NCBI RefSeq assembly: GCF_004010195.1
Contig: NC_057718.1
Location: 95,514,235 to 95,578,234, forward strand
Length of the DNA: 64,000 nt
Reading direction: 5' to 3'
Source: Chiloscyllium plagiosum
Taxonomy: Eukaryota
A program made the position numbers and the translations under genes. Below the pieces are notes generated by a model. The model saw nothing but the letters and a program-made list of their open reading frames with translations, was not told the origin of the DNA and made no database searches. Shown here in pieces: positions 1-12,389 of this stretch (position 1 is its first letter; each line of letters begins with the position of its first letter).

Positions 1-296
1 CATAACTAGAGGGCATAGGTTTAGAGTGAGAGGGGAAAGATATAAAAGAGATCTAAGGGGCAACTTTTTCACGCAGAGGGTGGTACGTGTATGGACTGAG
101 CTGCCAGAGGAAGTAGTGGAGGCTAGTACAATTGCAACATTTAAAAGGCATCTGGGTGGGTATATGAATAGGAAGGGTTTGGAGGGATATTGGCCAGGTA
201 CTGGCAGGTGGGACTAGATTGGTTTGGGATATCTGATCGGCTTGGACGAGTTGGACAGAAGGGTCTGTTTCTGTGCTGTACATCTCTATGACTCTA
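1..296 (+). mobile_element. CR1/HER1-like LINE 3' end
   Basis: ORF2 C-terminal motif FFTQRVVRVW.ELPEEVVEA.TIATFKRHL..YM plus 3' tail ending gactctat; recurs many times in window. Confidence 0.85.
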
Positions 297-960
297 TCTG
301 TCCTAAATCTATCACCCCTCAATTTAAAGCAATGTCCGCTCGTGTTAGCCTTCACCATCCGAGGGAAACGGCTCTCACTGTCCCCCCTGTCTAACCACCT
401 GATTATCTTATACGTCTCCATTAAGTCACCTCTTGACCTTCTCCTCTCCAACAAAAACAGCCTTTCCTTATAAGACATTCCTTCAATACCAGGCAACATC
501 CTAGTAAATCTCCTCTGAACCCTTTCCAAAGTTTCCACATCCTTCCTGTAATGCGGTAACTAGAACTGCACGCAATAGACCAGGTGCGGCCTTAGTATCT
601 TGTCCAGCTGAAGCATGACCTCGTGGTTCCAAAACTCAGTCCCCCTACCAATAAACACCAACACCATATGCCGCCTTAACAACCCTATCAACCTGGGTGG
701 GCAACTATCATGGATTTATGTACCAGGACAACGCTATCTCTCTATACTGCCAAGAATTTTACCATTAGCCCAGTACTCTGCATTCCTGTTACTACTTCCG
801 AAGTGAACTACCTCACACTTGACCGCATTAAACTCCATTTGCCACTTGTCAGCCCGGCTCTGCATCTTATATATGTCTCTCTGTAACCCACAACATCCTT
901 TGGCACTATCCACATCCTTGCCTACCTTAGTATCATTCGCAAATTTAGTAACCCATCCTC
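297..960 (-). mobile_element. CR1-like LINE ORF2 3' fragment (decayed)
   Basis: Minus-strand LERVQRRFTRMLPG..MSYKERL..LERRR.RGDL.E.YKI. Confidence 0.85.
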
Positions 961-1049
961 AAGGAAGGTAAGGAGCAGGGAGCGTCTGTCCTTGTTGCAG
1001 TTGTGTTGAAGTTTCCCAGAGAGCTTCAGTGGGTAAGGGAGGACTCCCT

Positions 1050-1460
1050 ACTGGAGTCTACTCAACCTTCCCCGGTACTTTCCCTGAGATCCTTCAATTC
1101 CCAATGCGATCTCTATATTGAGAAAACAGGATGCCTACTCACAGAGCGCTTCAGAGAACATCTTTGGGACACCTGCACCAACCAACCCCAACACCCCATG
1201 GCTGAACACTTCAACTCCCCCTCCTACTCTGCTGCGGGCATGCAGATCCTGGGCCGCCTCTATCGCCACTCCCTTACCACCCGACGCCTGGAGGAAGAAC
1301 TCCTCATCTTCCGTCTCGGTACCCTCCAACCACAAGGGAAGAATGCAGATTTCTCCAGCTTCCTCATTTCCCCTGCAGCTTGGATGCTGCCTGACCTGCT
1401 ATGCTTTTCCAGCACCACGCGTTTGACTCTAATCTCCAGCATCAGCAGTACTCACTTGCG
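1050..1460 (+). mobile_element. Penelope-like element 3' fragment (GIY-YIG endonuclease C-terminus and terminal repeat)
   Basis: LYIEKTG..LTERFREHL..HPMAEHFNSPS..RRLEEE.LIFRLGTLQPQG.N is typical of the PLE GIY-YIG tail. Confidence 0.8.
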
Positions 1461-1581
1461 CTTAGAGGGATATGGGCCAGGTTCTGGCAAATGGGACTAG
1501 ATTAGGTTAGGGTATCTGGTCAGCATGGACAAGTTAGACAAGTCTGTTTCTGTGCTGTACATCTCTGACTGTACAATTTAT

Positions 1582-1920
1582 GGGCGGCACGGTGGCACAG
1601 CGCCTGAGACCCGGGTTCAATTCCCGCCTCAGGCGACTGACTGTGTGGAGTTTGCATGTTCTCCCCGTGTCTGCGTGGGTTTCCTCCGCAGTCCCTCCCA
1701 TTTATCTCTCCACCACCCCCCCGGGCTCCCAGTCTCATTCCTGATGAAGGGCTTTTGCCCGAAACATTGATTTTTCCTGCAGCTTGGATGCTGCCTGACC
1801 TGCTGTGCTTTTCCAGCACCACGCGTTTGACTCTAATCTCCAGCATCAGCAGTACTCACTTGCACTTTGAGGGATATGGGCCAGGTCCTGTAATGTAGAT
1901 TACACTGTAATGTAATCTAA
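1582..1920 (+). mobile_element. Chimeric V-SINE/HE1-like SINE with an internal PLE/CR1 segment
   Basis: SINE head gggcggcacggtggc..ggttcaattccc at 1582-1693 and tail acactgtaatgtaatctaa; middle replaced by a PLE terminal repeat plus CR1 piece. Confidence 0.7.
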
Positions 1921-3329
1921 AAAAAACTTCTGAAAGAAGTCTGAGCACATGAGCATTAAAGGCAAATCCAGTGTTACCCATCTTTGATTGCCCTTGACAA
2001 GCTGGTGAGCCACCAATTTATACTGCTGTTTTAAAAAGTCGAAGTCTCTGCTTCTTCAGCTACCTTAATACTAAGCACTTCAGTATAATTGCTTCAACAG
2101 GTTTAGATTTGAGTCATCCGTGACTTATTTTAAGGAGTACACAGATACAGATTAGATATTTTCTAATCAATCAGAGATCATATTGCTCACCACCTCTCTT
2201 AGGTGGGACTTGAACCTGGGCTCCTGGCACAGACGTAGGGACATCACCTCTGTGGCACAAGAAACCTTAACAGACAGAGACTATGATAGCGAGTTTTGAC
2301 AAGTTTTGTAGCTCGGGTTGAGGTTCTGAGTGTAAGTTTGCTTGCTGAGCTGGGAGGTTCATGTTCAGACATTTTGTCGCCCTACTAGTTAACATCATCA
2401 ATGAGCTTCTGGTGAAGCGCTCGTGTTATGTCCCACTTTCTATTTATGTGTTTAGGTTTCCTTGGGTTGATGATGAGATTTCCTGTTCTTTTTCTCAGCG
2501 GGTAGTAGATGGGGTCCAAGTCGGTGTTTTATTGATCGAGTTCCGGTTGGAATGCCATGCCTCTAAGAATTCTTGTGCGTGTCTCTGTTTGGCTTGTCCT
2601 AGGATGGATGTTTCCAGTCAAAGTGCTGTCCTTCCTCATCTGTATGTAATGATACTAGCGATAGTGGGTCATGTCTTTTTGTGGCTATTTGATGTTCATG
2701 TATCCTGGTGGCTAGTTTACTGCCTGTTTGTCCAATGTGGTGTTTGCTACAGTTCTTGCAAGGCATTTTGTAAATTACATTAATTTTGCTTGTTGTCTGT
2801 ATAGGGTCTATTAAGTTAATTAGCTGCTGTGTTTAGAATTTTGGTGAGTTTGTGGGCTACCATGATGCCAAAAGGTTTGAGTAGTCTGGCAGTCATTTCC
2901 GAGATGTCTTCAATGTAGGAGGAAAGTGGTTAGGGTTTCTGGACGTGTTTTGTCTGCTTGTTTGGGTTTGTTGCTGAGAAATCAGCAAACTGTGTTCATT
3001 GGGTGCCTGTTCTTTTTGAATACACTGTATAAGTGATTTTGCTCTGCTCTTCATAATTGTTCTGTGCTGCAGTGTCTGGTGGCTCGTTGAAATAATGTTC
3101 CAATGCAGCTTCGTTTGTGGGTGTTGGGATGATAGCTTCTGTAGTTCAGTATTTGGTCCGTGTGTGTTGTTTTCCTGTAGACGCTGGTTTGAAGTTCTCC
3201 ACTGGCTGTTAGCTCTACTGTGACATCCAGGAATGGCAATTTGTTGTTGTTTTCCTCCTGTTTTGAATTTTATGCCAGTAAGGATATTATTGATGGTCTT
3301 GAAGGTTTTCTCTAATTAGTTTCGTTTGG

Positions 3330-3622
3330 TGGGCGGCATGGTGGCACAGTGGTTAGCACCGCTGCCTCACAGTGTCAGAGACCCGGGTTCAATTCCCACC
3401 TCAGGCAACTGATTGTGTGGAGTCTGCGTGGGCTTTCTCCGGGTGCTCCGGTTTCCTCCCACAGTCCAAAGATGTGCAGATCAGGTGAATTGGCCTTGCT
3501 AAATTGCCCGTAGTGTTAGGTAAGGGGTAAATGTAGGTGGGTGGGTTACGCTTCAGCGGGTCGGTGTGGACTTGTTGGGCCGAAGGGCCTGTTCCACACT
3601 GTAATGTAATCTAATCTAATCT
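3330..3622 (+). mobile_element. V-SINE/HE1-like tRNA-derived SINE inserted in the PLE RT
   Basis: A box tggcacagtgg, B box ggttcaattccc, tail gggccgaagggcctgttccacactgta(aatct)n. Confidence 0.88.
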
Positions 3623-4195
3623 AGTGATGACAAAGGTGTCATCCACGTAGTGGACCCAAAGTTTGGATTGGATGGTTGGCAGAGTTGTTTGTTCAAGTCT
3701 CTGCATTCCTGCCTCTGCTAAGAACCCTGATGTCAGAGATTCATAGGTGTTCCACTGGTTTGTCTGTAGGTTTTGTTATTGAAAGTGAAGTGAGTGGTAA
3801 GGTATAGGTCCACTACCTTGACGATGTTGATGCTGATGAAGTTGGTGGTGTTTGATGTATGTGTCTTTGGTTCTTCTAATAGTGTCGTCAGTGTTTCTTC
3901 AGCCAGGTTGATGTTGATGAATGTGAACAGGGCTGTTATGTCAAAGGAGACCATTATTCATCCTCTTCTATCTTGGTGGCTTTGGTCTTCAGGAATTCTT
4001 GGATGGAGTGATGTGAGTCTTGTATTAAGTGTTTTCGTCTTTGGTGTAGTTCCTTGGCTAATCTGTACGTTGGTGTTCCAGGTAGTGAGAGTATGGGTCT
4101 GAGGGGACTGCTGGTATGTGAATTTTGGGTAATCCATTGAAGTGTGGCATGTTAGAAGCATATCCTGTTCACAAAAAAGGAGAAAACAACAACTA

Positions 4196-5087
4196 CAGAG
4201 GAACCTCGGTTATCTGAACAGGATGAGTGGGTAGTATTTTGTTCGGATAATTGATTATTTGGTTCATTGATTCAATACCTCTTCTATGGGCTCTGAGTTT
4301 TCTGAAGTTTCCTTTTTCCTTGCTCTGCCTGCCTTGCTCCCTCCCTCTCTCTCAGGGTTTGTTTCTGAGCAGACACACACACTTGTGTGTAAGGGTCCTG
4401 CTGCATTGCTGAAGTGCTCCCCCCCCCCCCCCCTGCAATCAATTCAATGGGATTGACACAGCGAGCACTTGCAACATCCGCTCCCCATTCAGGAGACTAG
4501 GCAGCAGCACACCCCGCATGAGCCCCACCCCTGCCACCTTGTCCATCCCCACCCACCATCTGCACCCCAGACCCCTGTCCACCTGCACTCCTACCCATCC
4601 GCTCTGCGTGCTCCTGCCACCGTGCCCTCTGCCCGCCCCCCCTTCCTTCTGGGGCAGCTGGACTAGACACCAACAAGATTGCTGGTGCCTTTGGGGGAGT
4701 GAGTCTCAAAATAGCACATATACACAGCCACACACACAACTTCTTACTGCAATTTTTTGACAGGTTCCACCTTTGCCCTGTACAGGACAATGTTGGAGAG
4801 ATTACCTGGGGAAGGGGGCTTTAGGGTACATCCCTGTGTAGAACTCCAGGGAAAGTGTGGGGAGAGAGAGAGAGGGTGGGAGGTCTGTAATTTGGATTCG
4901 GTGCCTGGGCTCCCATCGATGTCCAGGACTGATCTCAGCAACATTTCAGTAAGCTGAATTTACTTGAAATCATTGTAAACAAAAGACGCGATCAGTATTG
5001 GTAACATCTCTTTGATGTAATGTTTCTATCGGGACCTGGAGATCTTCTTTGGATAGTCCAAAATTCGGGTAAATCGAGGTTCCTCTG
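4196..5087. mobile_element. Non-autonomous Tc1/mariner-superfamily (Tigger/pogo-like) MITE
   Basis: TIRs cagaggaacctcg...cgaggttcctctg flanked by TA on both sides (4194-95, 5088-89); no transposase ORF. Confidence 0.85.
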
Positions 5088-5287
5088 TACTACCCTCTGA
5101 GAAAAAAACAGGAAATGACGTCACCAACCCAAGGAAACCTAAGCACATAAATAGAAAGTGGGCCATAACACCAGTGCTTCATCCAGAAGCTCACTGATGT
5201 TACCTAGTATGGTGATGAAACATCTGAAAATGAACCTTCCAGTTCAGCGAGCAAACCTACATCCACAAACTATGTTCGTGAGTGACG

Positions 5288-5474
5288 TGTGACGATGCTG
5301 TGGCTTTAAGAGGTGTGTTGTTTTTCTAGTTTCTTTTAAAAAGAGATTGGGAGACAGGTGCTGAGTAGTCTGTGAGATATCTGATATTTCCCTTTACAAT
5401 AAGAAAAAGATCGGGTCTAGGCTACCTTCTTAATATATTTTGAGGGGGGGTCTGGTCTGGTCTGGTCCAGAACA
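5288..5474 (+). mobile_element. Internally deleted solo-LTR-like element (same family as 55019-58123)
   Basis: TG...CA ends; both ends match the reverse complement of the ends of 55019-58123. Confidence 0.6.
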
Positions 5475-5534
5475 AACAATAACTAATTTATTCACAAGTT
5501 AGATCAACTATGGTGTACATAATGGAGATATAAA

Positions 5535-5785
5535 AATGACCTTAGAAGCAACGTTTTCATGCAGAGGGTGGTGCATGTATGGAATGAGCTGCCAGAGGAA
5601 GTGTTGGAGGTTGGTACAATTACAACATTTCAAAGGTTTTTGGATGGGTACGTGAACAGGAAAGATTTAGAGGGATATTGGTCAGCATTTGGCCCATGGG
5701 ACAAGATTAATTTAGGATATCTGGTCGATATGGGTGAGTTGGACTGAAGGATCAGTTTCTGTGCTGTGTACCTTTGATTCTAATC
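5535..5785 (+). mobile_element. CR1-like LINE 3' end
   Basis: MQRVVHVWNELPEEVLEVGTITTF plus family tail. Confidence 0.8.
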
Positions 5786-8322
5786 AGTAGTATACAGCTT
5801 TGTTTTCCACGACTCAGCCCTTGCCTCCTCAATAGCTGTGGCATTGTCTCTCCATGTTCTGTTGATTGATGACCTTTGATTTTTCTTTCAATGTCTCAAA
5901 ACACCTCACCATTTATCCTCCTCTCTTTTCCAGTGGATGAGATTGATGGCATATTCCAAACTCTCTCACCTGATTGGTTTAGTCTCATATTATAATCTCT
6001 CTATATTTCAACCTGTGGAACTCTGCAGATTTTGTCTGTTCAAGTGAACAGTTCTTGCAAAAAGAGTCCAAAGGTCATAATTCTGACTAGCATTTCCTAG
6101 TTCAACAAATTCTAAACATGTTATAAGGTTTGTAACCACATTTTTTTCCCCCCAAGGCTTGATGCATATAGTTAGACCATTAACTAACCTCAAAACATAA
6201 TGATCTGATTCTTAAACTTTAACACATGTTATAAACCACAATGTGCTGTAATTGCTGTTTCAGCATTAGGTGTGAGGCAGACCATGATTAAGTTTGTCAG
6301 ATGCCTAACTGCTTTTGTCCTTATCACAGCTTGTTTAACCACATTATTTAACCACCGCACTTGCTTTAATCACATTATTTAACAACCACATCTTGACATT
6401 TTCTGGACAGGATTACCATCATTGTTTGCAACTTGGCCTTGGCATAAAGATAACAAAGATCATAAGATGATAAGTTCACCATAGAAAGACAACTAAACCC
6501 GAACAGTCCATTGCTAATATCCTTCCAGGCTTCCATGTAAACTTGTAAAAATGTCAATCACTTTAAGAACTATTCCATGAGCATTTACGTTGAAGAATTC
6601 CAGGAAACACCAGACATATCCTTATTTGTGAAGTTCCTTCCACATTTAGAACTTGCTTTGATTTGGTTGATGGTCAGACAAACGTTCATCAAGAAATTGT
6701 ACTTGCTGGTCCTGCAGTGTAAAACTAAAATTAAGTCAATGCTGCTACTTTTCTAACAGTTTATTTTAATTGAAGCCACAAGGGTGAGATCACAGTGTAG
6801 AGCACCATTAAAAATGTTGTGTGGGATGCTGATAACGTCCCTAAATACTAAAGGCCTCCATTTTGGATCAGTAATACAAGTGGCTGTTCACTTTCAGTGG
6901 ATAAGACTGCATGTTGAACGGATTGAATTGTCCATTCTCTCATCATCTGTGGAGAGAACTCTCAGTTAACGGTTTGGGTCTAGTGGCCCTTCCTCAGAAG
7001 CTGTTCTGAGGAAAGGTTGCTGGACCTGCAATGTTAACTCTGATTTCTTGCCACACATGCTGCCAGACCAACTGAGCTTTTCCAGTAATTTCTGTTTTTG
7101 CTTCTGATTTACAGCATCAGCAGTTCTTTCAGTCCTTTGTTTCATTACAGTTCTATTGGCATTTTTCTTTCTTAAGCAATGCTTTCAATACTTGTGGAAA
7201 TATAATAGAATTTTCTTCAGTTCTATGGTTTCTAACACTTAGCTTCTGGCTTTATTGAATTGGGACTAAAATAGTGGGCACTAGCTCATGTTTTTGGTTC
7301 ATTTTTGTGATTCTGTTATTTGTGGTGAAATCACCCAAGGCTGGAATTGAACCTGGGATCCTGGCACTGTGAGGCAGCAGTGCTAACCACTGAGCCACCA
7401 TGCCAGCCTAATGTATAATACCTAATATCATCTCCCCTAATATCTCTTTATATCTCTTAACATATTCTCTGTGGTTAGAATATGTTATTTACTGTTCATG
7501 ACAACAATCAAGTTGCACTTTTTGCATCCATTTGAAGGTTCTGTGTGGATTTGCATTTGTTCATTTTAAACACCTAATATTCTAACTTGCACCACGCATG
7601 CTTTACTTTCTATTTCTCATGCGAAGATGCTATTTATTATCCTTCTGATCAATTAATACTTCCAAATGTCTTGGCAAATTTACACCCTTTGTGGCTGTAT
7701 TGGTGAGGTTTTTCACTGGTAACACAGAAGCTGTTGTTCATTAAAATGTCTGCATCCCATTTATGGTAAATGTATAGTATTAGGCATATTGAAAGTTCTT
7801 TATGAATTTACAGTAAAGAGTAATATTTGAATTGTCACACCTTAAAGCTTCCTGACAAGACCAATTTTAATGACTAACTTTGTGACTGCAGTATAGCTTC
7901 AAATGTGCAGTAGTTTGTGATGCCATTTATTCACACATTTCCATTTTTACCTGAGTTCCTTTCAGTTTCTCTCTTGCGTATATTTATAATTTCTAAAGTT
8001 TATTTCAAAGTCCACCTCTTGCTTTTTCTCCATTTATTGCGAACTATTTTCTGGTTGGTAGGGGAAAAAAAATGAGTTAAAGTGTACAATATGTGGTTTA
8101 AAACTCTCTCCATTAAAATTGGAGAAGCCTGAAACATTAACTACACTGACCATCTTCCTGCTAAGGACAGAACAACATTTGGACTAAGAATAGAATATGT
8201 TTGTTTGCTCCTTCCAGGATGTGTGTATATAAGATTTTCTCTTCTTACTGTTGAATATGTCCGCATTCCCCTCTGTGACCCAAACCCCAGCTAATAGCCA
8301 TTTTATTTGTTCTGTTTTTCAG

Positions 8323-8408
8323 CTTCTCTAACTGCTATGGTCCTTATGCGAGATATCACCTTGATTGCAGCTGGGTTTTATATTAGATACCGAACGGTTC
8401 CACCGCCA
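8323..8408 (+). CDS. CRLS1: CRLS1 cardiolipin synthase, internal coding exon (upstream exons not found in window)
   Basis: tttttcAG acceptor and GTAAGT donor; 86 bp; translates (A)SLTAMVLMRDITLIAAGFYIRYRTVPPP, matching the vertebrate CRLS1 region ..[20 protein letters not shown]. Confidence 0.93.
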
Positions 8409-9300
8409 GTAAGTACCAAAGTTTATCTCATTTTAACTTCTCCCTCTTATTCTCCCCTTTCTCTCTGATGGTCTACCATCTCTGTCATGTGCTTGGTGCC
8501 TGCCTAGCACATGCTTTGTCTGGCACCTACCCAAGCCTGCACCCTTGTGTGCCGCACTTGCCTGCTTGCGCTCGCCTGTCCTTTCCCCAGCTGCCCTTAT
8601 TCACTTGCCTGACCCACACCCACCCTCCCTTTTGCCCCCCCCCCCCTTTCATGGTGGCTTGCATTTTCAGTGCTGAGGTTTTTCATCAAATCAGAGGTGT
8701 GTCTGAAAGGCTCTGTTTTGTCATGTGCTGATTGAGTCTTTTCTTTTACTTTTTTTTCCTCTTTTTTTTTCATCCTATTTGATACATCCTTTTGGATGAA
8801 TTTATTGTTGTTTATTAGGTTTATTCTTTGGAGGCAGCTAATAAATGAAATTATGTCTTTCATACCTTATTATGAGAGAGTGGCAAAGAGGGAAAGATAA
8901 ATGAGAAATCTTTGTGACTGTGAATGATCTGAACTCTACCTTACAAATGATGTCCCAGGTGAGCATGATCACTCTGTGGCGTGTTTCAGCTGGGAGCATT
9001 TCTAGGATTTTTCCCTACACTGCAGGAGAATGGGATAATTGTACTGAGTTGACCCTAAACCTCTGCCCCAAAGTATATTTTAGCAAGTTAGCATTGATAT
9101 CAATATGAAATCACTTTGCTTTGGTCTGTCATGCTCCCATAAAGTTACATACTTTGTGACTTGTATGCAGACAAAAATGAGAAAATTTCCTCCTTGTTTC
9201 TCCCTTCCTTTACCCATATTGCATTGTGAAACCTTTTGACTTAGTTTCAGTTTGTAAAATCGGTTGTATACAACTAAATAACTGCTTTCATCTCTCGTAG

Positions 9301-9369
9301 AGGACTCTCAGCAAATATTTCAACCCGTGCTATGCCACAGCACGATTAAAACCAACATTTATCAGCAAG
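9301..9369 (+). CDS. CRLS1: CRLS1 coding exon
   Basis: ctcgtAG / GTAAGG; 69 bp; [23 protein letters not shown], near-identical to human CRLS1. Confidence 0.96.
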
Positions 9370-10889
9370 GTAAGGTGCATTTCTCAATTATTGGATCCCT
9401 TTTCCATGTAATGAGGGAAGTTTGATTCTTGCGGTTTTCTATGTACTGCGTGCAGGTCTAATTGTCACTCGTGAATGTAGCTTGTGAAGCGCTATTCCAA
9501 CTTACTTGCTTTAAGGGGTATCTTTTAAACTCCTGCATGTTTTGGAGCAGATGGAATATTTGAAAAACAGATTTGTTCTTCTAACAGCTTGCTATCACCT
9601 ACAAGTTGATAGTGAGAGTGCAGGCTGCCTGCTGGCACCAAAGGAAGTGTTTCCTAGCAAGCAGGTGAATTGTAGGGCTGGCTTATCAGTAAGGTGTTGC
9701 AGGTTGTGAGGATGGAAATTAGACAACAGTTTTCAGAGTAGGTAATCTGCAGCAGCTCATCCAATGATGCTTAAAGATAACATGCAAATCAAATTCCATT
9801 GATGCCCTAGGTTATTGAATTGCAATAATTGTGAGCTTCTGTCTGAAACCTCAGCAATGTAACTACAGTGAGCAGTCAAAATGGTGGCTGGCAGGGTTCT
9901 AGTGAAAAGAAGATTAGTTATTATAAAAACTTCTTGTGCCTTATTCCTGCTTAGCAATTATGGCTAATATTCTGACCTGAATTTTGGTGAATGAAGGAAT
10001 CTAGTGATCTGAGTGTTATTTGTTTTATATCCAAGTGGAATCTTATTAGTATTTGAGACAGGTCTTTTCAGTTGCTGATTCTGAGTTGAGCATTTGGTGG
10101 AGCTTAGGAATGAATTATTTATCTTGGATTGACAGCAAAATTTGACCCATTTACCATCCTCCCAATTCTTTGGAGTGACCAGTGTTCCTTTCCTGATGTT
10201 GTGTGTCAGGACAGTTACTTGTAAGGGAAAATAAGATCTTCGTGGAATTGTTGAAATGTTGTAACAGACCTTTAACTCTATCAGAACTATCAGACTCTAT
10301 CGGACTGCCAGTATTTTTGCTTGTTAATGATGGTGCAGTATAAAGTCAAGTGTAGCTAGTACTGTGCACAAGATGTAATAAAACAGTAACACTGCGTGGG
10401 GAAGAAAGCTAGAGTTTTCACAATTTATTGCTAGTATACTGTTTTCTTGGGAGCTTAGACATCTTACCGCAGAGAGGATTTAATGATGTTAGTCATAAGT
10501 AATTTCTCTATGTATCATAACAGCAAATAATACTCAACAGTGTTTGCATTCATTCCCAGATAGGTTAGTAGGTAGAGATTATTTTAACTTTCTTGTTTAG
10601 TATCCTCCAGTTCTGGTGTGACAATATTTCTTTGAAGATTTAAACTGATCACATTTACAGCTCATTCTATAAGATATGTAGTTATATGAAGGACATCAAA
10701 ATGTGAGAAACATTAAATCCATTCAAACATCTTGACATATTTAGACGATCATTAAATCGTGACAAACAATCAGTTAGTTAGATTGACTAATATAGATTAA
10801 GTGTTTGCTTGTGGAAGGTGAATGTTTTGATTTTACAAATCCAGATTTACCTTACCGCTTAAAAATTTCTCAAACCACGTTGCTCAAAT

Positions 10890-11825
10890 TCATGTTCCAT
10901 CCCGGCATTCAAAAATCATCCATTGCCATTTCTGACACCTCCAGCAGGATGCCACCATAAAACACATCCTCCCCACCTATGCTTAGTCAGCATTCCACCA
11001 AGGACTGTTCCTTCTGTGACATTGAGTCATTTTCTCCTTCACTCCTAACACTCCCTCACCCTTCAATGGCACCTTCCCACGCAATCGCAGAAGGTGTAAC
11101 ATTTGCCCATTCATCCCTCCCTCCCTCACTGTCCAAGGCCTCAAACGTACCTTCCAGGTGAAACAATGTATTGCCTATACTCCTTTTAATGTAATCTTTG
11201 GTATTCATTGCTCAAAATGCAGTCTGTTTCAAATTGATGAGTCCAAACAGAGATTGGCTGACTGCTTTTGGGAACACCTGTGCTTTTGTCTGTAGGAATG
11301 ACCTTGACCTTCCATTTGCTAGCCATTTCAATAAACCACTGTGCTCCTAGGCTAACATTTCTGTATTGGACCTGCAACAATGGTCCAACAAAACTCAGTG
11401 CAAGCTAGAGGAACAGCACCTCGTTTAGGCATCTTACAGCCTTTAGGTATTATTGTTGAATTCCATAATTTTAGAGAATGACCTCTATGTGCTTGATTTT
11501 TGTTACGCCCTGTGCACATGCACAAAAATGCGTGTGCACACTTGCTGCTGTAACTTTGCTTTCAGCAGAATTGACCCATTTTCTCCTTTTCACACCTTTG
11601 TTTATGCACTATCTCCCCCTTCATCACCATTAGCAGTCTCTCTGTTTTTGGCTGTGAACCACATCGCAATTGTTCCACTTGTTTCTTCTCTGTCCACAAC
11701 ATAAAACAGTTTTCCAACCCTCTCACATCTGAAGAGGAGTCATATCAGACTTAGCGTTAAATCTGTTTCTCTCTCTACAGATGCTGCTTGACCTGTAGAA
11801 TTTCTCCAGCACTTTGTGTTGTTTT
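10890..11825 (+). mobile_element. Old Penelope-like element 3' fragment
   Basis: Decayed GIY-YIG-region similarity to 1050-1460 and terminal tctgaaga...gatgctgcttgacctg motif. Confidence 0.65.
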
Positions 11826-12068
11826 TAGATTAGATTAGATTCCCTACAGTGTGGCCCAACAAGTCCACACTGACCCTCCGAAGAGTAACCCACCAGACTC
11901 ATTTCCCTCTGACTAACGCACCTAACACTATGGATATTTTAGCATGGCCAATTCACCTGACCTGCACATCTTTGGACTGTGGGAGGAAACCCACGCAGAC
12001 ACGAGAATGTGCAAACTCCACACAGACAGTCGCCCAAGGCTGGAATTGAACCTGGGACCCTGGTGCTG
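11826..12068 (-). mobile_element. V-SINE/HE1-like SINE
   Basis: Reverse complement of the SINE consensus seen at 3330; (agatt)n tail. Confidence 0.85.
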
Positions 12069-12297
12069 AGAGAGACAATTTTAGTTTTTTTTTTGCACAC
12101 AGCACATTTGAGTCCTTCAGTGTGGCTTTTACTGAATAATGTCCAGTACTGACCAGCATGTCAGCACCATGGTCTGATTGTACGACATAACTCGTAATAT
12201 AGTGAAACTGAAACAAAGAACCCCAGACTGTTGCTATATTAAATATAACATTTTATTTGGCAGTAATTTAATCCATTGACTTTCATTTATGTTGCAG

Positions 12298-12389
12298 GTT
12301 AACACAGCAGTTCAACTTGTACTCGTGGCTGCATCACTGGCAGCCCCAGTTTTTCAGTACGTGGACAGTGTGTTCCTTCACTGTTTATG
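12298..12389 (+). CDS. CRLS1: CRLS1 penultimate coding exon
   Basis: gttgcAG / GTGAGA; 92 bp; [30 protein letters not shown](W). Confidence 0.95.

Larger units (their letters stand above)
2290..5270 (-). mobile_element. Penelope-like retroelement (decayed RT + GIY-YIG) with inverted terminal repeat; contains a nested SINE and MITE
   Basis: Minus-strand RT motifs VSFDITALFT, YRQTSGTPM, YVDDTFV, PFLDVTV..TSVYRKTTHTDQILNY.S.HP; 2330-2508 is the reverse complement of about 5088-5268. Confidence 0.88.

Noticed and set aside
3330..3405. tRNA-like A/B boxes here and in other SINE heads
   Set aside because: They continue directly into SINE bodies and tails, with no complete cloverleaf; not called as tRNA genes.
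1..8322. Upstream CRLS1 exons with the CDP-alcohol phosphotransferase motif (DG..AR...G..LD..ADK)
   Set aside because: Not found by eye in this interval; presumed to lie before the window start.
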